Source: a virus
Taxonomy: Duplodnaviria; Caudoviricetes
DNA: 62,335 nt
Strand: one strand, 5' to 3'
Virus record (IMG/VR): IMGVR_UViG_3300033521_000005
Span: 1-62,335 of that record
Shown one piece after another: positions 55,245 through 62,335 of this stretch; positions within the stretch are counted from its first letter, which is position 1; each line of letters opens with the position of its first letter. The translations under genes were made by a program, and so were the position numbers. The notes below the pieces were generated by a model. That model was not told the origin of the DNA and ran no database searches. It worked only from the letters and a program-made list of their open reading frames with translations.

Positions 55245-56686
55245 TGCAGGACGACAACGCTCCCATCACGTACTACCCACCGGGGCCGGTGGCGGCAGCG
55301 TTCCATCGTTCTGAGAAATTTGTCCGCGTTTTGAAGGGGCCGGTCGGCTCCGGGAAATCGTCGTCGTGCTGCGTTGAGATCGTGAAGCACACGATGAAGC
55401 AGAAACCTTGGAAGGGCGTTCGCCGCGCCCGCTGGGGCGTGATCCGCGCGACCTACCCAAGCCTGAAGACCACGACGATCAAGACGTGGGAAGCGTGGTT
55501 TCCGGGGCACATAGCCCCGATCAAGTACGACACCCCAATCATCAGCCGGATGCGGATCAAGGACTGCGGCGACGGCTACGGGATGGACTTGGAAGTGATC
55601 TTCATTGCGATGGAGACCGCCCAAGACACCGACAAGCTGAGATCGCTCGAGCTCACCGGGGCGTGGATCAACGAAGGGTCGGAAGTGCCGAAGGAAGTCT
55701 TCGACATGGTGACCCAGCGCGTAGGCCGCTTCCCCCCGAAGCGCGAAGGCGGGCCCGTCCATCCCTGCGTCATCATGGACACCAACCCGCCGGATGACGA
55801 CTCGTACATCTACAAGTTCGACGAAGAACAGCCCGACGGGTTTGAGTTCTTCCACCAGCCCGGTGGTCTCATCAAGATTGTCGAAGGGGACAAGGCTCGC
55901 TACGAGCCAAACCCCGAAGCGGAGAACGCGCTCAATCTCCCGCAGGGCTACCAGTATTACTTCAACATGCTGGCGGGCAAGACAGACGACTGGATCAAGG
56001 TCTTCGTGCTTGGCGACTACGGCACCACTGCCGACGGCAAGCCGGTCTACCCCGAGTACAACGACAAGGTTCACGTCGCCGCCGAGGAGCTAAAGGTCAA
56101 CCCCGGCCTGCCGATCTACCTCGGCTGGGACTTCGGGCTCACGCCAAGCTGCATCATCGGACAGATTTCGGCCAAGGGCCAGTTGCTCATCCTCGAGGAA
56201 CTGGTGGCCGAGGATATGGGTATTCGCCAGTTTGCGACAGACGTCGTCAAGCCTGTGCTCCTCAACAAGTACCAGCGTAACAAGTTCATTTCGGTGGGCG
56301 ACCCCGCTGGCATGAACAGATCGCAGACAGACGAGCGAACCTGTTTTCAGGAACTGCTCGAGGCTGGGATTTCAACCGAGCCAGCCAATACCAACGACTT
56401 CATTCCGCGCCGTGAATCGGTGGCTTTCTACCTGAACCGCATGGCGTCAGGCGAGCCCGGATTCCTGATCTCGCCCAACTGCCGCACATTGCGCAAGGGC
56501 TTTATCGGTGGCTACCGCTACGAGCGGCTGAAGGTTGCTGGCGAACGCTACCGGGATCGCCCGGTGAAAGACAGATTCAGTCACCCGCACGACGGCCTTC
56601 AATACCTGTGTTTGAAAGCCCGCGACGGTGGCGTCAACACGCGGGCTCGCAAGGTCAGCAAAGCATCAAGTAAGGGTTGGGTGTAA
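55241..56686 (+). CDS. terL: Terminase large subunit
   Basis: GPVGSGKS Walker A, W.NE Walker B, DTNPP, GWDFG, DPAG, SH..D.LQY. Confidence 0.93.
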   Translation: MMQDDNAPITYYPPGPVAAAFHRSEKFVRVLKGPVGSGKSSSCCVEIVKHTMKQKPWKGVRRARWGVIRATYPSLKTTTIKTWEAWFPGHIAPIKYDTPIISRMRIKDCGDGYGMDLEVIFIAMETAQDTDKLRSLELTGAWINEGSEVPKEVFDMVTQRVGRFPPKREGGPVHPCVIMDTNPPDDDSYIYKFDEEQPDGFEFFHQPGGLIKIVEGDKARYEPNPEAENALNLPQGYQYYFNMLAGKTDDWIKVFVLGDYGTTADGKPVYPEYNDKVHVAAEELKVNPGLPIYLGWDFGLTPSCIIGQISAKGQLLILEELVAEDMGIRQFATDVVKPVLLNKYQRNKFISVGDPAGMNRSQTDERTCFQELLEAGISTEPANTNDFIPRRESVAFYLNRMASGEPGFLISPNCRTLRKGFIGGYRYERLKVAGERYRDRPVKDRFSHPHDGLQYLCLKARDGGVNTRARKVSKASSKGWV

Positions 56687-58681
56687 ATGGAACTCGCAAT
56701 CGCAAAGCCTTCTGCCGAGAAAGGCGACACTCAACTGAACCCACAGGACAACTCCGACCTGTTGGCGTCCGCAATTTCTCGCCACATCACCAACGCTTGG
56801 AGCCAAGCCAAGTACGCCAAGACACAGATCACAGAGCGTCTGTTGCGTTGCGAGCGCCAGCGGCGCGGTGAGTATGACCCCGAGCGGGCCGCACAGATCA
56901 AGGAGACCGGCGGCAGTGACATCTACATGATGCTCACGGACATCAAGTGCCGCGCTGCCAAGTCTTGGATCATCGACGTGATGTTCAATCAGGGTCAAAT
57001 CCCCTTTGACCTTGCGCCGTCCAAAGACCCTGAAATGCCTCCCGAGCTCAAGATGATGGTCATCGAGCACGTCCGCATGGAGGCCGAGGACTTCCTGTCT
57101 ACCGGCGCACAGATGCACCCCGACGCCTTCCGCGAGCGCATGGAAGAAGTCGAGGACATGATCCGCCTGCGCTTGCGCGAGGAGGCCAAGGAAACGGCCC
57201 AGCGCATGACCAACGTCATCAACGACCAAATGGAGCAAGGCGGGTTCCGCCGCGCCGCCCAAGAATTCGTTGACGACTTCGTGACCTACCCGACGGCCAT
57301 TATGAAAGGCCCGTCTGTTCGCAAGAAAAAGCGTCTGGCTTGGGGGGCGAACTTCCAGCCCGTCATCCTCAACGACTTCTCGCGCGACGTCGAGCGCGTC
57401 TCGCCTTACGACATCTTCCCGTCCGCCAACTCATCCGGCGTGGACGAGGGTTTCCTGATCCAGCGCCACCGCCTGACGCTCAAGGACGTCGAGAACCTGA
57501 AGGGCGTCCCCGGCTACAACGACAGCGAGATCGAGCAAGTGCTCATCCGCTATGGCCGCGACGGCTACCGCTACCAAGAGTACGGCGACATTGAGCAACA
57601 GAAGCTCAAGGGCCAAATGAACGGCAGCTACTGGACGAGCAACTTTATCGAAGCCCTCGAGTTTTGGGGCCCGGTGATGGGCGACATGCTCAAGGACTGG
57701 GGTGTACCCAACATCGACGCGAAAGCCGTCTACGAAGTCAACGCTTGGCAGATCGGCTCCTTCGTCATCAAGGTGGTGTTGAACCCAGACCCGCTTGGCC
57801 GCCGCCCCTACGAGATCGCATCGTGGAGCGACATTCCCGGCGCCTTCTGGGGTCAGGCCCTGCCTGAGACGATGGCCGACATTCAGGTCATGTGCAACGC
57901 CGCCGCGCGGTCGCTCGCCAACAACATGGGCATTGCCTCGGGCCCGCAGGTTGAGGTGACTGTTGACCGCCTGCCCGATGGCGAAGACGTCACGACCATG
58001 TACCCGTGGAAGCTGTGGCAGACCACGTCCGACAAGACCGGCGGCGGCCAGCCCGCCATCCGCTTCTTCCAGCCGGACATGAAAGCGTCCGAACTGATGG
58101 GCGTGTACCAGACGTTTGCCAAGCAGGCCGACGAGGTCACCGGTGTCCCGAACTACATCTACGGCTCCGGTCAGGCGTCCGGCGCTGGCCGCACAGCTTC
58201 TGGTCTGTCCATGCTCATGGACAACGCGGCCAAGGGCATCAAGTTGGCGATCACCCGGATCGACCATGTGGTGACGATGGTGGTGGATCGCTACTACGTC
58301 CACAACATGCTCTACAGCATGGACAACTTCATCAAGGGCGACATGAAGGTCGTGAGCAAGGGTGCTCTGGGCCTGATCGCCAAGGAAGCCATCCAGCAGC
58401 GCCGCAACGAATTCTTGCAGGCAGTCACCAACCCGGTGGATGTCAGCATCATCGGCCCAGAAGGCCGCAGCTACCTGCTGCGGGAAATGGCCGAGGGCCT
58501 GCAAATGGACACCGACAAAATCATTCCAGCCCCGGAAATGATCAAGTTCAAAGCCGAGCAAGCCGCCGTGCAACAGGCACAGCAACAGGCCCTTGGCATG
58601 GCTGGCGACCCCGCCGCCCAAGGAGCTATGCCGCCGCTTGCGGGCGCTGGCATGGCGCCTCCTGCCCAACCGGCAATGTAA
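56687..58681 (+). CDS. Portal protein
   Basis: 664 aa directly after terL; RVSP.D..P and RTASG.SML motifs. Confidence 0.85.
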   Translation: MELAIAKPSAEKGDTQLNPQDNSDLLASAISRHITNAWSQAKYAKTQITERLLRCERQRRGEYDPERAAQIKETGGSDIYMMLTDIKCRAAKSWIIDVMFNQGQIPFDLAPSKDPEMPPELKMMVIEHVRMEAEDFLSTGAQMHPDAFRERMEEVEDMIRLRLREEAKETAQRMTNVINDQMEQGGFRRAAQEFVDDFVTYPTAIMKGPSVRKKKRLAWGANFQPVILNDFSRDVERVSPYDIFPSANSSGVDEGFLIQRHRLTLKDVENLKGVPGYNDSEIEQVLIRYGRDGYRYQEYGDIEQQKLKGQMNGSYWTSNFIEALEFWGPVMGDMLKDWGVPNIDAKAVYEVNAWQIGSFVIKVVLNPDPLGRRPYEIASWSDIPGAFWGQALPETMADIQVMCNAAARSLANNMGIASGPQVEVTVDRLPDGEDVTTMYPWKLWQTTSDKTGGGQPAIRFFQPDMKASELMGVYQTFAKQADEVTGVPNYIYGSGQASGAGRTASGLSMLMDNAAKGIKLAITRIDHVVTMVVDRYYVHNMLYSMDNFIKGDMKVVSKGALGLIAKEAIQQRRNEFLQAVTNPVDVSIIGPEGRSYLLREMAEGLQMDTDKIIPAPEMIKFKAEQAAVQQAQQQALGMAGDPAAQGAMPPLAGAGMAPPAQPAM

Positions 58682-58690
58682 GGAAACAGA

Positions 58691-58924
58691 TTGCTTTCAA
58701 AACCAGACACCAAAGTTTTGAGTGCCCTTGCCTCACTGGCAGGGCACCCGAGCTTTGAGACCGTAAGAGGATGGCTCATAGAGAGCCTGAACGACCTATA
58801 CGTGAACGGCTCCCAAGCCAAGGACGATGTAATCGCCCGGTGGCATCAGGGGGCAGCGCAGGCCGTGAGGGAACTTCTCGACAAAGCTGAGTCAGCCCCT
58901 GAAGTCCTCCGCAAGTCGCGGTGA
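58691..58924 (+). CDS. Small helical protein between portal and scaffold
   Basis: RBS AAGGA; QG.AQ motif. Confidence 0.65.
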   Translation: MLSKPDTKVLSALASLAGHPSFETVRGWLIESLNDLYVNGSQAKDDVIARWHQGAAQAVRELLDKAESAPEVLRKSR

Positions 58925-59055
58925 GCCGAAAGGCTCATGCAGCATCCCGCTGCGAACGTGTCCCGGCACGGTAAACGGGAACCGCTGAACACCGAAAAGT
59001 AAGTAGTGAACACCGCGAGGCTCACATAGCGACCTGATCGGCTCACGGAGTATCA

Positions 59056-60012
59056 ATGTCATCTTTACCACGCAAAGTTATCGAAGCCGAAGCACTGGCC
59101 GAGAAGCTGCAACAAGAACTGCTGAATGGTCAGCAGCCCACCGAGTCCAAGCCCAGCGGGCAAGGCAACGGTCAGCAACAGTCCGACGGACAGACTGGGA
59201 ACCAGCCTGCGTCTGTTGAAACTGTTGACCCGAACGCCGCACCTGTCGGGCTGAGTCCGAACCCCAATGCCGATGACGGCTCCCAGTCCCAACCGGACAA
59301 CTGGGAACACCGCTTCAAGGTCTTGCAGGGCAAGTACAACTCGGAAGTTCCCCGCCTGTCGTCGGAGAACAAGGAACTGAAGGTAAGCCTCAAGTCCATC
59401 CAAGAACAACTGGATGACCTGAAGAATGCCAAGCCTGTCGAACCGCTGGTCAAACAGTCTGAGATCGACGAGTACGGAGAGGGCCTGATTGACGTTGCCC
59501 GCCGCATTGCCCGCGAGGAGCTTGCGACGAAGGACACGGAAATCCAGAAGCTCAAATCCAAGCTCGATTCGCTCGAGGGCGTGACGTCCAAGACGGTAGA
59601 AAAGGACTTCTATTCCTCGCTCGACGCGAAGGTGCCGGATTGGACAAAGCTCAACCAAGACAAGTCATTCCACAAATGGCTGGACGAGGTTGACGAGCTC
59701 ACTGGCTATCGACGCCAAGACATGCTCAGCCAAGCCGAACGGGACAAGGACGCCGACCGAGTCGCCAAGTTCTTTGCCGCGTTCAAGAAGACATCCCAAA
59801 CGCAGATGGAAACCACGTCCGCCGCGCTGGAAACCCAAGTGACACCGAGCTCGACGAAGACGCCGAACACGCCCCCTGCCAAGAAAATTTGGACTCGGGC
59901 CGAGATCAGCGACTTCTACCGCCGGGTGCGCACCGGGTTGGTCAGCGATGCAGATCAGGTAACCATCGAATCCGATATTCATGCGGCTACCGTCGAAGGA
60001 CGGATCAGATAG
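59056..60012 (+). CDS. Capsid scaffolding protein
   Basis: W..RFKVLQGKY..EVP coiled coil; C-terminal I..A..EGRI; precedes the capsid gene. Confidence 0.8.
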   Translation: MSSLPRKVIEAEALAEKLQQELLNGQQPTESKPSGQGNGQQQSDGQTGNQPASVETVDPNAAPVGLSPNPNADDGSQSQPDNWEHRFKVLQGKYNSEVPRLSSENKELKVSLKSIQEQLDDLKNAKPVEPLVKQSEIDEYGEGLIDVARRIAREELATKDTEIQKLKSKLDSLEGVTSKTVEKDFYSSLDAKVPDWTKLNQDKSFHKWLDEVDELTGYRRQDMLSQAERDKDADRVAKFFAAFKKTSQTQMETTSAALETQVTPSSTKTPNTPPAKKIWTRAEISDFYRRVRTGLVSDADQVTIESDIHAATVEGRIR

Positions 60013-60041
60013 TCGTTTAGTGACCCGAAAGGAAATTCAAT

Positions 60042-60983
60042 ATGTCAGTAGCAGTAACAACCGGCTATTACGGCGCCGGTACAACCGACCAGTACGCCGC
60101 AGCGGGCGCAGCCAAGTTCATCCCTGAAATTTGGTCTGGCAAGCTCCAAGCGAAATACTACAAGTCCACCGTTCTGGGTGAGATCACCAACAACGATTGG
60201 GAAGGCGAAATCAAGGGCCAAGGCGACAAGGTCAAGATTCGCTCCATTCCGACCATCACCATCCGCGACTACACCAAGGGTCTGAACCTGACCTCTGAAG
60301 TGCCGCAAAGCACCCCCTTGGAACTCCTGATCGACAAGGGCAAATACTTTGCCGTCGTTCTGGACGACGTGGACAAGGTGCAGGCCGACGTGGCGCTGAT
60401 GGATATGTTCACCAACGACGCATCCATGCAGATGAAGATCGCCATCGACAATTTGGTGCTCGACGGCGTGAAGGCATCTATGGCTGCTGCCAACTTGGGT
60501 GCAACCGCTGGCGCGATCTCTGCCAACCTGAACTTGGGCACCGACGCGGCTCCTCGCGCCTGTTCCAAGACCACCATTCTGGACATCATTCTGGACATGG
60601 GTCAGGCGCTGGACGAACAGAACGTGCCAGAGACTGGCCGCTGGCTGGTGATCCCGGCTTGGATGGCCGCGATGATCAAGGCTTCTGATCTGAAGCAAGC
60701 CTACTTGACTGGTGACAGCGTCTCCCCGCTGCGCAACGGCAAGATCGGCATGATCGACCGCTTCCAGGTCTACATCAGCAACAACCTGCCCAAGACTGTC
60801 GATAATGACAGCTACGTCATGGCTGGTACGCGCGATGCGATCTCCTTCGCCTCGCAAATGACCAACGTGGAAACCCTGCGCTCTCAGTCCACCTTCGGCA
60901 ACATCGTCCGTGGTCTGAATGTGTTTGGCTACCAAGTGACGAAGCCCGAGGCTCTGACTCGCGCTATCGTGGTTAAGGCTTAA
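60042..60983 (+). CDS. Major capsid protein
   Basis: FIPEIWS.KL; N.D.EGEI...GD.V.I; G.IG.IDRF; F...VRGL.V.G. Confidence 0.92.
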   Translation: MSVAVTTGYYGAGTTDQYAAAGAAKFIPEIWSGKLQAKYYKSTVLGEITNNDWEGEIKGQGDKVKIRSIPTITIRDYTKGLNLTSEVPQSTPLELLIDKGKYFAVVLDDVDKVQADVALMDMFTNDASMQMKIAIDNLVLDGVKASMAAANLGATAGAISANLNLGTDAAPRACSKTTILDIILDMGQALDEQNVPETGRWLVIPAWMAAMIKASDLKQAYLTGDSVSPLRNGKIGMIDRFQVYISNNLPKTVDNDSYVMAGTRDAISFASQMTNVETLRSQSTFGNIVRGLNVFGYQVTKPEALTRAIVVKA

Positions 60984-60999
60984 TCAGCCTGAGTGAAAT

Positions 61000-61028
61000 T
61001 GGTCGGGGCTACGGCCCCGGCCATTTCT
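61000..61028 (+). terminator. Terminator-like hairpin after capsid gene
   Basis: TGGTCGGGGC-TACG-GCCCCGGCCA-TTTCT. Confidence 0.6.
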
Positions 61029-61041
61029 AAGGAAATACCCC

Positions 61042-61353
61042 ATGAAGTTGATGCGCCGCAAACGCGATGGGCGGGTTGCTGTATTTGACGCCCGGATTGT
61101 TGCCGACGGAGATTGGGAGCTCTTTGAAGAAGCCCCAGCACCACAGCCCGAGCCTCCTGCGCCCGAGCCAAAGCCTGAGCCCGCAAAGCCCAAGGCCCCA
61201 CAGATTCCCCGCTCTCTGCGCCCCGTGAAACCCTTGGTGCGCGAGACCGATCCAGAACAGGTCACCGCTCTGTTTGAGCCGCCTGTTATTCAAGAGACCC
61301 AGACTGCGAAAATGACCCCGGCTGATAAGGCCGAGGACGTACAGTCGGAGTAG
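61042..61353 (+). CDS. Pro-rich hypothetical protein
   Basis: RBS TAAGGA; in the head operon. Confidence 0.6.
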   Translation: MKLMRRKRDGRVAVFDARIVADGDWELFEEAPAPQPEPPAPEPKPEPAKPKAPQIPRSLRPVKPLVRETDPEQVTALFEPPVIQETQTAKMTPADKAEDVQSE

Positions 61354-61364
61354 TGAGGTAACCC

Positions 61365-62054
61365 ATGCTTGCAAGTGAAATCATTGACCGCGCCCGCGTT
61401 GTTTTGAATGACGCCGACGGTGTGCGCTGGCTGGATGCAGAGTTTTTCAAGTGGATCAACGATGCTCAGCGCGTGATTGCACTTGTCCGCCCGGACTCTG
61501 TTGTCTCCAACACATCCATCACGCTGGTGCTTGGCACCAAGCAGACTCTGCCTGCTGACAGCCTGCGTCTGTTGGACGTGGTGCGGAACCTGACCTCCAC
61601 CGGTGCCGGTGGCCGCGCGGTACGCCATGTGGATCGTGACGTTCTGGACACCCAGAATCCTGACTGGCACGGCGACACCCCGGCTGCCACGATCAAGAAC
61701 TTCGTCTACGACAACCGCGACCCCAAAACCTTCTACGTGTACCCGCCCTCGCAGGCCGGTGCCAAGCTCGAGGTCATCTACTCCAAGAACCCAACAGACG
61801 TCTCGGCTCTGGGCTCGAGTCTGGCCGTGGCCGACATCTACGCCGACCCGCTGCTGAACTACGTTCTGTACCGGGCCTATTCCAAGGACGCTGAGTTTGC
61901 GCAAAACGCCCAGTTGTCTGGAGCCTACCTTGGCGCCTTCAACTCCATGTTGGGCATCAAGACCTCCAAGGACGCGGCCTACTCCCCAGACCTGCACAGC
62001 AAGGGCCGCACAACGGCCCCCAATGCCGCAGCCCTCCAAATGGGTAGTGTCTAA
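61365..62054 (+). CDS. Head-tail adaptor protein (DUF6682-like)
   Basis: L.D....RW......WIND.Q......RPD; FYVYPP; Y.LYRAYSKD.E. Confidence 0.75.
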   Translation: MLASEIIDRARVVLNDADGVRWLDAEFFKWINDAQRVIALVRPDSVVSNTSITLVLGTKQTLPADSLRLLDVVRNLTSTGAGGRAVRHVDRDVLDTQNPDWHGDTPAATIKNFVYDNRDPKTFYVYPPSQAGAKLEVIYSKNPTDVSALGSSLAVADIYADPLLNYVLYRAYSKDAEFAQNAQLSGAYLGAFNSMLGIKTSKDAAYSPDLHSKGRTTAPNAAALQMGSV

Positions 62055-62056
62055 GC

Positions 62057-62335
62057 ATGGCCTCCTACGACGACTTCCTCCCTTACGTCCTCACGGATGT
62101 GCCGGGGTGCGCCGAAATCGTCGCCATCCAAGCCATCCGCAACACCGCCATCGACTTCTGCGAGAAGTCCTTGGTGGTGGAGGCTGACCTTGACCCGGTC
62201 AGTCTTGTCGCTGGCGCGGCTGATTACGACTTGGAGCCTCCGACCGCAACTTTGGTGACGAAGGTCATCCGTCTGTTCTACAAGAACCGGGAGCTCAAGC
62301 CGGTTGCCCGCGACGACATTGCCTCCGCGACGTTC
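62057..62335 (+). CDS. Head-completion/adaptor protein, 5' part (continues into 1..510)
   Basis: ATG 62057, open to the window end and in frame with 1..510. Confidence 0.75.
   Translation, partial: MASYDDFLPYVLTDVPGCAEIVAIQAIRNTAIDFCEKSLVVEADLDPVSLVAGAADYDLEPPTATLVTKVIRLFYKNRELKPVARDDIASATF
62195..62335. repeat. Terminal direct repeat, right copy
   Basis: Matches 1-141 with one mismatch. Confidence 0.95.

Overview
The window is an apparently complete, circularly permuted ~62.2 kb temperate dsDNA phage genome. It is GC-rich and podovirus-like (no tape measure; it has tail-nozzle and ejection proteins). The two ends share a 141-bp overlap that splits one head-completion gene. Gene order: two fibre modules, lysis genes, nozzle/tip genes, GNAT plus three ejection proteins (one is a 2514-aa LPD38-type protein), attP (3' half of tRNA-Leu-TAA) with integrase/excisionase, a leftward recombination and anti-defence operon, a cI-like repressor, a rightward replication/nin/Q operon, a 9-kb leftward operon of small early genes headed by an AAA+/vWA-like pair, a 1.6-kb non-coding region, then terminase, portal, scaffold and capsid. 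The main unexplained signals are: (1) about 20 perfect short DNA palindromes with GAA/AAA/TAAA-type loops in 850 bp of the non-coding region; (2) genome-wide, both-strand excess of the hexamer AACAGA/TCTGTT, densest in the early operon; (3) a second, non-coding copy of the replication-origin iteron/(AACCAAG)n module upstream of terS; (4) repeat-scaffold plus small-subunit fibre modules; (5) an apparently non-cleavable cI with 434-type operators, one of them 15 kb away. Family names come from motif recall and counts from reading by eye; no searches were run.
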